Positions 7,969 through 18,346 of a DNA stretch of 64,000 nucleotides are shown in pieces. The stretch comes from a virus, in IMG/VR virus record IMGVR_UViG_3300032240_002045, positions 33,994 to 97,993 of that record. The stretch is one strand, 5' to 3'. The translations under genes were made by a program, and so were the position numbers. Position 1 is the stretch's first letter. Each line of letters opens with the position of its first letter. The notes beneath the pieces were generated by a model. The model saw nothing but the letters and a program-made list of their open reading frames with translations, was not told where the DNA came from and did not search any database.

Positions 7969-9941
7969 TTAGCATCTCCCCAACGCTGAACAACTGAAAT
8001 GTCAGCAATCAAAGGGATTGGAATAATCTTTAAATCCTCCATCGCTTCGCGAATAGCTTCTTTGGTTTGATCTACCAAATGATCGGGAGTAAGTGTCACC
8101 AATTCGTCATGAACGGTTAAAATCAACTTAGCCTCCTTTGGAATCAAGTTATGAGCGCGAACCATGGCTAACTTAATAATGTCAGCAGCTGAACCTTGAA
8201 TACGAGTATTAAAGGCCTGTCGCTCTGCGCTTGCCCGAAAGCCTACCACGCGTGAGTTAATGTCAGGGAGATAGCGTCTACGCTTAAGAAGGGTGGTTAC
8301 GTAACCTAAGTTACGCGCCACGCCGATAACAAGGGTGCGGTATTCGTTAACGGCTGAAAACTTGTCACCGAAATCTGTTAAAAGTTTACGAGCCTCTTTT
8401 ACGGTACACCCAATGCTTTTAGCAATTTTGTCTGGCCCCACACCATAAGCCATAGCTAATACAAGTACCTTACCGGCTTTACGATCTACACCCATAGTGT
8501 CACCTACGGTTGTATAGATATCCCCGCCCTTTAAATAATTGTCCATCATGATGGGATCTTGAGACATTGCAGCAATAACACGTGGTTCGATCTGTGAATA
8601 GTCAGCCACTACAAGCTTGTAACCTTCTGGAGCTTTGAACAAGTTCCGAATCGCTTTACCGTGGTCTGTGTTAGGTGCGGGAACGTTTTGTAAATTTGGA
8701 TTACGGCTTGAAAAACGCCCGGTCTCCGCCCCCCATTGAATGAAATCTGCATAGACGCGACCATTTACCAAAAGGCTGTCCTTATGCTCTGTCTTAACCT
8801 TACCGTTTGTAGTCTTGGTAACCTCTCCGCCAAGGTAAGGAATCACATAGGTGCTTAATAATTTGTTTAAATCAGCGTATTTAAGCAAAGCACCAGCTAA
8901 CTCATCAGTATCACGAAAAGGTTCTAAAGCCTCAGCTGATACAGAATAATCTTTGTAGTTTAAAGCGCCTTCGTTCTTCTCACCTTTACCGGTCAAAATA
9001 ACGGGCTTGAGTCCACGGCAACCTTCGTCTTTAGGGCCGTACAGAAGATACTGTTTTTCGGAATTAGAGTTAATATTAAAAACCCCAGCTATTGAATAAA
9101 TCTCTTTGCGTACATCTTCAATCTCGATGTTTAGCTTGTCGTACAAAATTTGTAACTGCTCCATGTCAATCGGTGCACCTGTAAGTTTCATATCGCATAA
9201 GACTTTAAGAACATCCATCTCTATACCCATAACATAATCAACATCCGCGGCTTTTACTTTTTCGCGAACAGCTTTCCACAAAAGAAATGTGTACTTAGCG
9301 TCAAGGTAAGCGTACTTGGCAACCTCATCAAATGAATAGATCTCCACCATGTGGCCAATGCCTTTTTCCATCTTAAAACCAAACTCACGATCTAAACAAT
9401 CATCAAGTCCAACTTTGTTTTTGTTCTTGTTGTCGTAAAGAAACGAAGCCATAAGCGTGTCAAAATAAGGACCTGAAGGTATTTGACCATCGTAGTACTT
9501 GGCAACAGAACTGAGATCAAATCCTAAATTGTGACCAATAGTTAAGATCTTGTCATTAAAAAATAAAGGTTTTAAAGCTTTGAATACTTGCGCAGGATAT
9601 AGTTGCGTGGGTGCTGGACCAAAAGCTTTAATAGCTTTTTTCTTATCCCTAGAATAATCCGAGTCTCTAGCTTGAAGACCAGCGAGGATGCGCTTCTCCC
9701 CTTGTCCGGTGAGAGGAAATGCTTCACTAATAAACGCACCATGAGGGTGGCCAAGCGGTATGACATCACCTCTATCATGCGTAGACAGACTAATCCAAAG
9801 AACCTCATTTACCGCCGGAACCCCTCTTCGGTCCCCAACTGTTTCTACGTCAAATGCAAACGCATCTTGTTTCATGTAATGCTCGACCATATTGTTAAGT
9901 TGCTCAACGGTCGTAATTATGTGCTCCAAAGTAATCTCCAA
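7965..9941 (-). CDS. polA: Family A DNA polymerase with 3'-5' exonuclease (start may be TTG 9929)
   Basis: FDVET, GHNLGFD, YAYLDA, TGRFSSRNPNLQN, motif A DYSQIEPR, motif B RKAGKVLVLAMAYG, motif C VHDEL. Confidence 0.97.
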   Translation of the reverse strand: MEITLEHIITTVEQLNNMVEHYMKQDAFAFDVETVGDRRGVPAVNEVLWISLSTHDRGDVIPLGHPHGAFISEAFPLTGQGEKRILAGLQARDSDYSRDKKKAIKAFGPAPTQLYPAQVFKALKPLFFNDKILTIGHNLGFDLSSVAKYYDGQIPSGPYFDTLMASFLYDNKNKNKVGLDDCLDREFGFKMEKGIGHMVEIYSFDEVAKYAYLDAKYTFLLWKAVREKVKAADVDYVMGIEMDVLKVLCDMKLTGAPIDMEQLQILYDKLNIEIEDVRKEIYSIAGVFNINSNSEKQYLLYGPKDEGCRGLKPVILTGKGEKNEGALNYKDYSVSAEALEPFRDTDELAGALLKYADLNKLLSTYVIPYLGGEVTKTTNGKVKTEHKDSLLVNGRVYADFIQWGAETGRFSSRNPNLQNVPAPNTDHGKAIRNLFKAPEGYKLVVADYSQIEPRVIAAMSQDPIMMDNYLKGGDIYTTVGDTMGVDRKAGKVLVLAMAYGVGPDKIAKSIGCTVKEARKLLTDFGDKFSAVNEYRTLVIGVARNLGYVTTLLKRRRYLPDINSRVVGFRASAERQAFNTRIQGSAADIIKLAMVRAHNLIPKEAKLILTVHDELVTLTPDHLVDQTKEAIREAMEDLKIIPIPLIADISVVQRWGDAK

Positions 9942-9942
9942 T

Positions 9943-9983
9943 TAAAAAAGGGGGCTAGGAAAGAGTGTGCAAACCTAGCCCCC
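9943..9983 (-). terminator. Intrinsic terminator between ssb and polA
   Basis: GGGGGCTAGG..CCTAGCCCCC-TTTTTT. Confidence 0.75.
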
Positions 9984-9989
9984 AACTAA

Positions 9990-10679
9990 TTAAATAAGGG
10001 AAAGTGCTACGCCCTCAAGCTCATCCCAAGTCGATTCCTTAATTGCGGAACGATCAAAAGGCTTGAACTGCTGGAACGCTGCTTCCCCAGCGGCTTCGTC
10101 AAGACCAAGATGTGAAGCATCTTCGGCCAAATCACGAGGCTTAATTGGAGTAATGATGTAGTTGGTTGTTTGCTGCTTACCTGTGCGTGTAACTGACCAA
10201 TACTTGCTGGTTAGTGGGCCTGCTCCGGAGTGTTCAATCCCGGCAAGTTGCTTAAACAACTTTGCACTAGCAACTAAAAGTTGACGTTGTGGGCCACCCT
10301 CTACGCTGTAGTTAATTACAGTAAAAGCCTTCTTATCTTCGGCTTTGTCTTGTAAACGAATACATAGCGGACAGTTGTTTTCTAAACAAACGTAAGAACG
10401 CTTACCGCTTGTTTTTTGATTAAGAAAATGTTGCTTATAAACAGCAAACGGTCCCTTAATACCTTCTGGATCCATGAAACGAATAATCTGGTATTCGCCC
10501 TCAAGGAACTTAAAATCTGTTGGGTAGTCTCCAACAGGTGCTGCTGCTTTTTCTGCTGCATCCCAACCAGCTTGAATAACTGAGCTAGTTGCTTGAATTG
10601 GGCGTGCTGTTAAAGCATCGCTATTGATTGAGAACTCGTCGTTCTCTGGTACGAACGTATCTGTTCGGTCTATGGCCAT
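9990..10679 (-). CDS. Single-stranded DNA-binding protein (gp32-like)
   Basis: IIRFMD, YKQHF, YVC..CPLC and VTRTGK..TNY; position next to polA. Confidence 0.75.
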   Translation of the reverse strand: MAIDRTDTFVPENDEFSINSDALTARPIQATSSVIQAGWDAAEKAAAPVGDYPTDFKFLEGEYQIIRFMDPEGIKGPFAVYKQHFLNQKTSGKRSYVCLENNCPLCIRLQDKAEDKKAFTVINYSVEGGPQRQLLVASAKLFKQLAGIEHSGAGPLTSKYWSVTRTGKQQTTNYIITPIKPRDLAEDASHLGLDEAAGEAAFQQFKPFDRSAIKESTWDELEGVALSLI

Positions 10680-10692
10680 TGGCTGATTTCTC

Positions 10693-11166
10693 CTAGTTTA
10701 GTTTAGTTTCGGTTGCGCGGATGTTATCCCACGCCTCGGCTATCTCGTTAGTGAGTTTCCGGTGTTCTGTCCATTCTATACGTTTAATGTGTAGAAGTCC
10801 AGCTTTTCCAAATACCTCAATAACGGTTTCAATCATGGAACGCGTATAAAGCCTACGCCCCATTTGGTCCTCTCCGCGAATATTTTTCTTGGAAGGGAGT
10901 CGGTATGGTGAAGCAGGAAGATGTCCTTCTTTTATCCATGTTCGGATTGTTATTACAGGACGACCTAGTGCTTGCGCAAGCGCACCAATAGTAAACATCT
11001 CAACGTCTACACCGTTAGGTAATGTTTTCATATACGGCTTTGAGTCCCAACCTTGAAGAGGTTCAATCTCTCTCTTCTTTGGTTCTGCAACTTTTCGCTT
11101 ACGTTTACTGCCTGGATAAAATGCATCCAAGTCAGAAAAAGTAGAATCAATTAAATCATCAGACAT
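10693..11166 (-). CDS. MerR-like HTH DNA-binding protein
   Basis: FTIGALAQALGRPVITIRTWIKEGHLP..RRLYT. Confidence 0.8.
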   Translation of the reverse strand: MSDDLIDSTFSDLDAFYPGSKRKRKVAEPKKREIEPLQGWDSKPYMKTLPNGVDVEMFTIGALAQALGRPVITIRTWIKEGHLPASPYRLPSKKNIRGEDQMGRRLYTRSMIETVIEVFGKAGLLHIKRIEWTEHRKLTNEIAEAWDNIRATETKLN

Positions 11167-11558
11167 TAGAGCTCTTTTACAATAAACGCATAAGAAATCT
11201 TTTTAGGGAACATCTCATCAATATCATTTTCGGAAAGTTCCCCGGTATACACACAAGCTAAAATTTCATTTTCTTGTAGTACTGGAACCATTTTTATACA
11301 TTTGTCATAAATGTTTCGTTCCTTAAGCAATCTTTCAGCAATATCCATATCTAAAGGATTGGAAACTTTTCTTTGATTAGTTAATTTAACGTCGTCAATT
11401 TCTAAAACAATGTGACCACGCTCGTCTGTTTTGCCAAGAGCTTCAACATCCGCTTTTAAACGAGTTTTAAGTTCGTTTGAGCGATCAACCAATAAATCAA
11501 TCTCTGATTTAATGTTTAAATACTGTTTGACCGTTTGTTTTACCGTGTTAATGTCCAT
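11166..11558 (-). CDS. Hypothetical protein with N-terminal coiled coil; probably leaderless
   Basis: ORF; -10 element 6 nt before the ATG. Confidence 0.7.
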   Translation of the reverse strand: MDINTVKQTVKQYLNIKSEIDLLVDRSNELKTRLKADVEALGKTDERGHIVLEIDDVKLTNQRKVSNPLDMDIAERLLKERNIYDKCIKMVPVLQENEILACVYTGELSENDIDEMFPKKISYAFIVKEL

Positions 11559-11564
11559 AGCCAG

Positions 11565-11594
11565 AACCTAATGGCTACCCCTGACAAACGTCAA
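11565..11594 (-). promoter_or_regulatory. Sigma-A-like promoter
   Basis: TTGACG-N18-TAGGTT-N6-ATG. Confidence 0.6.
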
Positions 11595-11606
11595 GACGAC
11601 ACGCGG

Positions 11607-11750
11607 TTAGTCTTTTAAGTAAGCCTCAAGAGCGGCAATAATTATGCTTGTGACTGTGACGCCTTCAATAGCGGCTTTCTTTTGAACGGCTGTCCACAGG
11701 TCATCGGACACGCGGATAGTACGCGTAGGGGTCTTAGGTGCGTTAGGCAT
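11607..11750 (-). CDS. Ribbon-helix-helix DNA-binding protein (47 aa); not in the ORF track
   Basis: MPNAPKTPTRTIRVSDDLWTAVQKKAAIEGVTVTSIIIAALEAYLKD; TACAAT-N6-ATG. Confidence 0.85.
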   Translation of the reverse strand: MPNAPKTPTRTIRVSDDLWTAVQKKAAIEGVTVTSIIIAALEAYLKD

Positions 11751-11791
11751 TAGATAATTGTAATGTCACCCAACCGGTATTATTGGGTAAA

Positions 11792-13381
11792 TTAGACCGC
11801 AGAAGCCCCTAGGAAGGCTTTTAAGCTCCCAACCGTCATTGGAATACCCCCCTTGTCGTCAATCCCCTCACCGTCCACCACAGCACTTGCTAGGGCATTT
11901 TTCTGTTGAAGAGACTCAAACTGACGTTCTTCAATAGATCCTTGGACAATCAAATCTTGAATAACTATCGACGGCCACGTTGACGAAGCGCGTTTAATGC
12001 GGCCATTGCGTTGGGTAGCAGCGCCAGAAGACCATGGTAAATCAAAGTTGATAAGAAGGTTAGCAGCAGGCAGGTCCACGCCGTAACCCCCAGCATCAGA
12101 GCTAATAAGAACACGGATATTGGGTAAAGTATTAAATGCAATTTTGTTCTCCTCTTTAGTTTTAGCGTCAATTTTACCTGAGTAAAGTCGACATTGATCT
12201 GGACCTAACGCTTCTGCAATCATATTTAACATGTCTACATAAGTTGCAAAAATAACAACTTTGTTAGCGTCATTTTGATCAAGAAACTCATTTACGTATT
12301 GAATTAGGTAATCAAGTTTTGGGGAATTATCTAAACCATCAAGCGCTCCTGATTGTTTTAAGTCATTAGCGTAAGCAGATCCTTCACCTTTTGCATCAAG
12401 GTATTTCTTTGAACTTGTATGTAACAGTTGCGGATGGGAACAAAGCATTTTTAAACAACCTACCTTAGACATAATACGTCCGCGGATTTCATCTTCTGGA
12501 CCACCGTGCTTGTTTTCATACCCGTAATGAGCCATTACGTTAAATCCAGCGCCAAAAAGGTTCTGCGCTTCATCAAGGTCATTAACCAAATCGTTAGCTA
12601 TGCGGGCGTACAAACGGGAAGATTTACGGTCTAGAACAATCTTTACCGGCTCTTTATGAATTGAGTCGGGCAAGAAAGGAGCAACGTCAGCATCTTTCTG
12701 AGCTTTACGTACACATGCATCTTTAAGTTTTGTATGAAGCACGGGCAGATTGCGATAGTTGTTAACCGCTCCCCAATTGTTACGTACGATAAAAGTAGAG
12801 TCAAAAATATCAAATCTACCTAATACGCCAGGGTCTACAAACTGCATGATGCTGTACAGCTCTTCCGGCTTACCATTCTCAATTGGGGTGCCAGTTAAAG
12901 CAAATCTAAAATCAGCATTGCCTAGCTTCTTTACAGCTTTAGATCTTTTTGATTTAAAAGACTTAATAGCTGTTGCTTCGTCAAGTACTACAAATCCGCG
13001 AGGTAAGTTTCGTACGGACTCCCAATCATTGACAACTTGTTCATAATTAAGAATGATGTAATCGACCCCAGAATTACGCCAATCAAGGGCTTCTTGGTAC
13101 TGCTCACTTCGTTTCTTAGGCGTTCCATCAATAACAAGAGACTTTGAAGTTCCATTTGTAAATTTTCCAATCTGGTTGTGCCATTGGTATTTAAGACTTG
13201 ATAAACAAATAACAAGCCCTGGCTCTTTGATTTTCTTTTCATCCATCAAGCGCTCAATTGCGGCAATAGTCAAAACTGTTTTGCCAAGACCTAAGTCGTA
13301 CGCAACCAGCATCTTTTGTCGGTCGCACATGCGATCAACTGCTTCTGGTTGGTAGGGCAATAATGTCCCTGTAAAAGTCAT
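11792..13381 (-). CDS. SNF2-family superfamily II helicase
   Basis: DLGLGKT, LDEA, LTGTPIEN, AGGYGVDL and QRNGRIKR. Confidence 0.92.
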   Translation of the reverse strand: MTFTGTLLPYQPEAVDRMCDRQKMLVAYDLGLGKTVLTIAAIERLMDEKKIKEPGLVICLSSLKYQWHNQIGKFTNGTSKSLVIDGTPKKRSEQYQEALDWRNSGVDYIILNYEQVVNDWESVRNLPRGFVVLDEATAIKSFKSKRSKAVKKLGNADFRFALTGTPIENGKPEELYSIMQFVDPGVLGRFDIFDSTFIVRNNWGAVNNYRNLPVLHTKLKDACVRKAQKDADVAPFLPDSIHKEPVKIVLDRKSSRLYARIANDLVNDLDEAQNLFGAGFNVMAHYGYENKHGGPEDEIRGRIMSKVGCLKMLCSHPQLLHTSSKKYLDAKGEGSAYANDLKQSGALDGLDNSPKLDYLIQYVNEFLDQNDANKVVIFATYVDMLNMIAEALGPDQCRLYSGKIDAKTKEENKIAFNTLPNIRVLISSDAGGYGVDLPAANLLINFDLPWSSGAATQRNGRIKRASSTWPSIVIQDLIVQGSIEERQFESLQQKNALASAVVDGEGIDDKGGIPMTVGSLKAFLGASAV

Positions 13382-13385
13382 GGCG

Positions 13386-13916
13386 TTACCCTAGCAGGGT
13401 ACGTATCTGCTTAATCAAATTGGGCATATCGCTGTTGTTGGTGATAACCCCGTCAAAATCCCAATCATCCAAATCAATCTCTGAAATATGGTCATTGGCT
13501 GGCCCTACGTTTACCCTATTAATACGCCAAATATGTCCGCCAAGATTTTTAATACGCGCTGCTTCATTCTTAAATCTAACATCAGTAACAACAACCTTGT
13601 CGTCTGCAGTAAAGCTGTTAAGGGCAGCGTTAATCCAAACCGTGTCGTCTAACAGTTGTCTACCACCCACACCTAAATCTTGTAAAAGACGTCGAATCTC
13701 AGGATGCTGTGTTTTTGCTTCTTCCCAACCTTTAAACTCAACGATATCCTGTAAACGAAAACTCATACCGTTATGATCAATAAGAGGGTCCATAGCAAAA
13801 AGAAGTTCGCGGATTTTGTCAGCAAAGGCTACACGTTCGTATCCATGAATTCCCATAAGCATCCCAGCTACAGTGTCTTTTCCTGATCGTGCGTAACCTG
13901 ATAATCCAATAATCAT
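13386..13916 (-). CDS. Deoxynucleoside monophosphate kinase
   Basis: IIGLSGYARSGKDT, FADKIRE, RRLLQDLG, TDVRFKNE and HISE. Confidence 0.92.
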   Translation of the reverse strand: MIIGLSGYARSGKDTVAGMLMGIHGYERVAFADKIRELLFAMDPLIDHNGMSFRLQDIVEFKGWEEAKTQHPEIRRLLQDLGVGGRQLLDDTVWINAALNSFTADDKVVVTDVRFKNEAARIKNLGGHIWRINRVNVGPANDHISEIDLDDWDFDGVITNNSDMPNLIKQIRTLLG

Positions 13917-14842
13917 AAAACCGCCTTTAATCCGTGTACGGAATGTCTAGCATTTGTTATACCTAAATTTACCTCATCAAGACTCATTCCGCCAATATCT
14001 TTCATATCGGTGTGGTTGTAGTTAAAAAACCAAGCTTCCATGTCGTACTCTTGACAAATTGATAACACGGATTTAGAGGCGTTCTTTCCCGCTTCATCGT
14101 TGTCTAAAGCAAATATTAAACGATCAGCTCCGCGTAAGTAAGTAAGTTGTGACATTGAAATTAAAGCACCGTAAGTAGCAACTCCACCAGTAATTCCAAG
14201 GGAGGCTAAACGAACAACATCTAAAGGAGACTCAACAACAATCATATCCCCTCCAACATATTGTTGATAACCAAACAATGAGTTGCTTTTCTTCATTTTT
14301 GCTGGTGTGTTATTAAAATATCGTTTTGAGTAACCTTTCTCCTGCCACCCAAGTAACTTTTGAGTTTTTGCATCTCGAATAGGGATAATCCAATTTTTGT
14401 TTCTTGCGTCCCAGCACAGCTCATAGTAACGCGCCGCGTTACTAGTCAATCCCCTAGCGATTAAAGCCTCTGCTGGTGGTTCTACAAAAGCACTAAGCAT
14501 TGATTCTGTTATATGAGTGGGTTCCTCAATTGGAGCTTTCTTCTCTTCGATAATTCGGTTAAATCTAGAAACTAAAAGAGAAGGGGAATCAAACCATTCT
14601 TTAGCTTTATCGTAGTCAATACCTGAAACATAATTAATAAGTGAATAAACGTTTCCTTTAAACTGACAAGAAAAACATATAAATGCACCGGTGTCGGCGT
14701 TAATCCAAAAAGAAGGGTTTCTATCTTCATGCCCTGTTCTGTCTTTGTGTGCAGGGCAGTAACTCTGTAGCTCATCACCGCGAGTTGTAATTGTTTCCAT
14801 ACCTAAACGTGTAAGCGTGTCCTCCATCTCCTCAACTGTCAT
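13913..14842 (-). CDS. DNA primase (CHC2 Zn finger plus TOPRIM)
   Basis: CPAH..D.NPSF..CFSC; VVESPLDV; LDNDEAG; KDIG. Confidence 0.92.
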   Translation of the reverse strand: MTVEEMEDTLTRLGMETITTRGDELQSYCPAHKDRTGHEDRNPSFWINADTGAFICFSCQFKGNVYSLINYVSGIDYDKAKEWFDSPSLLVSRFNRIIEEKKAPIEEPTHITESMLSAFVEPPAEALIARGLTSNAARYYELCWDARNKNWIIPIRDAKTQKLLGWQEKGYSKRYFNNTPAKMKKSNSLFGYQQYVGGDMIVVESPLDVVRLASLGITGGVATYGALISMSQLTYLRGADRLIFALDNDEAGKNASKSVLSICQEYDMEAWFFNYNHTDMKDIGGMSLDEVNLGITNARHSVHGLKAVL

Positions 14843-16065
14843 AGATCTTCCATACCTAATTCACGGAATTGACCAGTCTCCCAATCCCAACATAGGGAAA
14901 CTTCGCTGTTGCCGGAGTTACGACTTGCAACAACTCGGAGCAAACGCGTGTCGTCTACAGCCTCATCTTCTTTCTGCAAACCAAAAATAACATCCGCATC
15001 TTGATGAAATGATGATGAGTAACCAATTGCATCTGCTGTTACTTGTCCCTTCTTCATCTTCCAAGAAAGTACTTGAGTTGAAATAACAATAGGCTTTTCA
15101 ATCTTTTGAGCAAGACGTTTTAAAGAACGTGTAATGTTGGTGAGAGCCTGTGGCGTATTTGATTCCCCAGTCTGCTCATCAATCATTAAGTAAGTGCCGT
15201 CAATAAAAACAATATCAGGATTCTTAGCTTGAATTTTGCTAGCAATACCGCTTACAGTTTGTCCGCCAGATGAATCAATAAACCAAAACTTATCGCGCAT
15301 ATTAGGTATGTTATTAACAATGCGGTAATACATAGCTTCTTCTTCAGGAGTAAGAGCTCCGGTCATTAAACGCCTATGTGAAATACGAGATCGCATTGCG
15401 TAGTAACGGCTTAACTGTTCTGAGTTGCTCATCTCAAACGAGTAAAACATTGGCGTGTGCCCTTGTAGCTGAGCATTTATAGCAATCTGCAAAGCAAGAG
15501 TTGACTTACCCGTTTTAGGGGGAGCAATAATTACAACAAGCTGACCGGGTTGTAGCCCAGAAGTAGATTGGTCAATAGTGTTAAATCCTGTAGGTATGCC
15601 AAGTAACCCGGGATTACTTTTACGCCATTCGTAATCTGCTATTGCTGTTGCGGCGGCCTTAGTTACTTCAAGGTCATTAGATTTGTTAAGCCCATCTTCT
15701 TCAAGCTTAATCATTCCATTTTGCAAAGCAAGTAACGCAGATTCGTGGTCTTGTTCTCTTTCTAAAGCCTCTAAAGCAGAACCAAGCGTAGAAACAATAC
15801 GTTGCTTGCGTCTTTCCGCAATTAACTTATCAATTAAATAAAAAATACTATCTGGACAAGGAGTTAGCTCATAAGTTGGAAAATTTTCTTTTACAACATC
15901 AATACTTGGGCACTCTTGATACTCAGAAAAATGACTTTGAATAAACCTAAATAATTTTTTATCTGTAGCGTCAGCAAACCAAGACTCGTTAATATTTTTT
16001 TCTAAGGCTAAAGATGCATCGCGACTATCGATGATCTTGCTAATTAACTTAACTTGGTTATTCAT
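14839..16065 (-). CDS. dnaB: DnaB-like replicative helicase
   Basis: GIPTGF, APPKTGKS, FSFEM-like motif, IVFID, QDAD and SRNS. Confidence 0.92.
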   Translation of the reverse strand: MNNQVKLISKIIDSRDASLALEKNINESWFADATDKKLFRFIQSHFSEYQECPSIDVVKENFPTYELTPCPDSIFYLIDKLIAERRKQRIVSTLGSALEALEREQDHESALLALQNGMIKLEEDGLNKSNDLEVTKAAATAIADYEWRKSNPGLLGIPTGFNTIDQSTSGLQPGQLVVIIAPPKTGKSTLALQIAINAQLQGHTPMFYSFEMSNSEQLSRYYAMRSRISHRRLMTGALTPEEEAMYYRIVNNIPNMRDKFWFIDSSGGQTVSGIASKIQAKNPDIVFIDGTYLMIDEQTGESNTPQALTNITRSLKRLAQKIEKPIVISTQVLSWKMKKGQVTADAIGYSSSFHQDADVIFGLQKEDEAVDDTRLLRVVASRNSGNSEVSLCWDWETGQFRELGMEDL

Positions 16066-16469
16066 AAACTTTGTATGTCCAATCCCCAATGGCCGTAACT
16101 TAGAATTCTCTTTGGTATGTCAAGCACACCAATTACTTCTGGTCTATACGGTAACTCTGCTACTAAATGATTTATTGAATCGTACGCCGAGAAGTATCTA
16201 AACGGATTAGTACCCATGCTGTCAAGCACATCTACTGTTTTGCCTAGTTCTTCTTGGTCTATGTCAAAAGAGGCAAGCTCTAAAGTCACACCGTTTTTTG
16301 TAGTATACAAATAAAGAAAACTTAAAATTTCTCTTCTAATTTTCTTGTCGACCTTTGGTACAGGGAAGAACTTTAATTTTTTTTCAACCTTGAGCTCAAC
16401 TGTTAAGAATATATCGCTGACTACAATAATTCTTCTGGGGAGCTCGTTACTGATGTCCCCGTTTCTCAA
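16062..16469 (-). CDS. Hypothetical protein
   Basis: ORF coupled to dnaB (ATGA). Confidence 0.65.
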   Translation of the reverse strand: MRNGDISNELPRRIIVVSDIFLTVELKVEKKLKFFPVPKVDKKIRREILSFLYLYTTKNGVTLELASFDIDQEELGKTVDVLDSMGTNPFRYFSAYDSINHLVAELPYRPEVIGVLDIPKRILSYGHWGLDIQSL

Positions 16470-16470
16470 T

Positions 16471-16785
16471 CTAAAGTACCTCTACCTTGCCAAACTTAAT
16501 AATGAACTCACGGAAGTCTTTGCTTGACTTCTGGGCTTTGGCAGCATCGTCAGTAGTTGCCCTGCTTGAGATCTCTAACGGGTATGTCCCGTTATTTGTT
16601 TCAATTCTTGCTTGAACAAATTTAACATGTTTGCAGGTATCTCTTGAAGAAAAACCGGGGCAAGTGCAATTAAATTCTTCCGTGTCACCGACGGACACTT
16701 CATAAATTCCCGGTCCTTGCACATTTTTTTGAGGTAAAAAAACTTGAACTAAACGAAAATCATCAGTCATTTGAAATTCTTTCAT
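16471..16785 (-). CDS. SWIM zinc-finger protein
   Basis: CTCPGF....CKH. Confidence 0.8.
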   Translation of the reverse strand: MKEFQMTDDFRLVQVFLPQKNVQGPGIYEVSVGDTEEFNCTCPGFSSRDTCKHVKFVQARIETNNGTYPLEISSRATTDDAAKAQKSSKDFREFIIKFGKVEVL

Positions 16786-17471
16786 CGACGCAGGTCCCCT
16801 TTAGCGGCAGTGATGGGTAAATAAGAAAAAGCTTCGTTTGCAAAGCTTTCAGTTGCATCACCGTAGAGTCCCGCCCAGTTCTTGAGTTCGATATTCGTTG
16901 TGACAATAGTAGGCAATCCATTGTTAAAACGGGTTCTCAACACGTGATGAAGTAAGTTCTTTTGCCACCCGGACAGACTAGCGTGTTCTTTGCCCAAGTC
17001 GTCAATAATGAGAACGCGGATGTTATAGGCGTCATCCTTGCATTCCCCTAACATACCGTTATAGAGGTTTTCCGCCTCGGCGGTAAAATCATCCATAAGC
17101 TCACCCTTTAAATCAATAATGTCATTAAAGGTGGCAAAGTAGCAAGGTCGTATTAAAACCTTGTTCTCAGATGGTGAGAAAGAATCTAAAGGAAACTTAG
17201 TAATCATCTCTTGAATTATTGCTAAAGCTAAAGTTGTTTTGCCTCGACCCGGTTGACCGCAGAGGAGAAGACCGCGGCCACAGGCCTTTGAACCAACTGC
17301 ACGGATAATCTTTCCGTCCTCTACTGATTTAATCCAACGCCGGATCTTTTCAATATCTGAAGGTTCGGTATCTGTGCAATCGTCAAGGGTCCAACCGACC
17401 CGTGCATCGGGAACAGATGCAATCTGCAACCAAGAACGGCGTCGAACCTTTAACTCTTTTGGATTAAACAT
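16782..17471 (-). CDS. DnaC/IstB-like AAA+ helicase loader
   Basis: GLLLCGQPGRGKT, LIIDDLGKE and R...GLPTIVTTN. Confidence 0.9.
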   Translation of the reverse strand: MFNPKELKVRRRSWLQIASVPDARVGWTLDDCTDTEPSDIEKIRRWIKSVEDGKIIRAVGSKACGRGLLLCGQPGRGKTTLALAIIQEMITKFPLDSFSPSENKVLIRPCYFATFNDIIDLKGELMDDFTAEAENLYNGMLGECKDDAYNIRVLIIDDLGKEHASLSGWQKNLLHHVLRTRFNNGLPTIVTTNIELKNWAGLYGDATESFANEAFSYLPITAAKGDLRR

Positions 17472-18346
17472 TAAATACCTTCCCAAGATTTCTCCGCGGA
17501 GACCTTAGCAGTTTCAAGATCTTCATCGGTAACACTAGCCCTTCGGCAATCAATTGCAAGAGAGCCAAATTGGGAAACAAACCTTTTCCAAATATGTTCA
17601 GGGTCATTGATATGAGTTTCATGAGCTAACTGACTGAAATACCGGTCCATCATAAGTAACTCAAGTTCGCCATCTGTGCCGTGAGCTTTTCTAGCATTTG
17701 CAAAAGCTATCTTAAAACGGCTCTTAGCCACGGTCCAAGGTTTAACATGCCACATGTCCTCAAGTCTGCGAACAAATTCTGTTGAAGACTTATCGGCAGA
17801 CCACAAAGCAGGATTTTGATTTACGGAAGCTGCCAAAACGGAATCGTGCTTTTTCTGTTTTGCTTCTTGGTATTCCGCGGTTCGGCGGGCCCTGTCTTTT
17901 AATAGCCGGTCTTGGATGTCATCCGGGTCGTTATCCATCTGCCCTAAGAACGTCATTTCGCCTCCCGTTTTTAAATCTACTTTGATAAAAGTTTCTTCCC
18001 CGACCTCGTCGGGAACTCTTTCTTGCTTATCAGCAAATAAGCTATTAGTGCTTAATCTGCTATTTGACTGTGTCTGTATACAGAGAGAACGGGTTTTCAG
18101 TACTTCTGAAATACGGCTTTCCAGTAAATCCCACCCAGCGGGTGTGATCTCAATAATGCTTCTATACGCACCATTGGAATACTTCTGTTTTGTTGTACGG
18201 GTCAATCCAGAGGCCTTTAACTCGTTCAGTGATTTTTGGCAAGCATCTCTACCCTCTTCAAATACCTCTGAAAGGGCTTTGGCGCCCCCGTAGAGCTCTT
18301 TAGAGGCAATCTCCATGAGAACACCTAGGGCTCGGGCTGTAATCAC
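17471..18346 (-). CDS. Putative replication initiator (N-terminal wHTH)
   Basis: ARALGVL..EGRDACQKSLNELKASGL HTH; directly upstream of the loader (initiator-loader arrangement). Confidence 0.65.
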   Translation of the reverse strand: MITARALGVLMEIASKELYGGAKALSEVFEEGRDACQKSLNELKASGLTRTTKQKYSNGAYRSIIEITPAGWDLLESRISEVLKTRSLCIQTQSNSRLSTNSLFADKQERVPDEVGEETFIKVDLKTGGEMTFLGQMDNDPDDIQDRLLKDRARRTAEYQEAKQKKHDSVLAASVNQNPALWSADKSSTEFVRRLEDMWHVKPWTVAKSRFKIAFANARKAHGTDGELELLMMDRYFSQLAHETHINDPEHIWKRFVSQFGSLAIDCRRASVTDEDLETAKVSAEKSWEGI

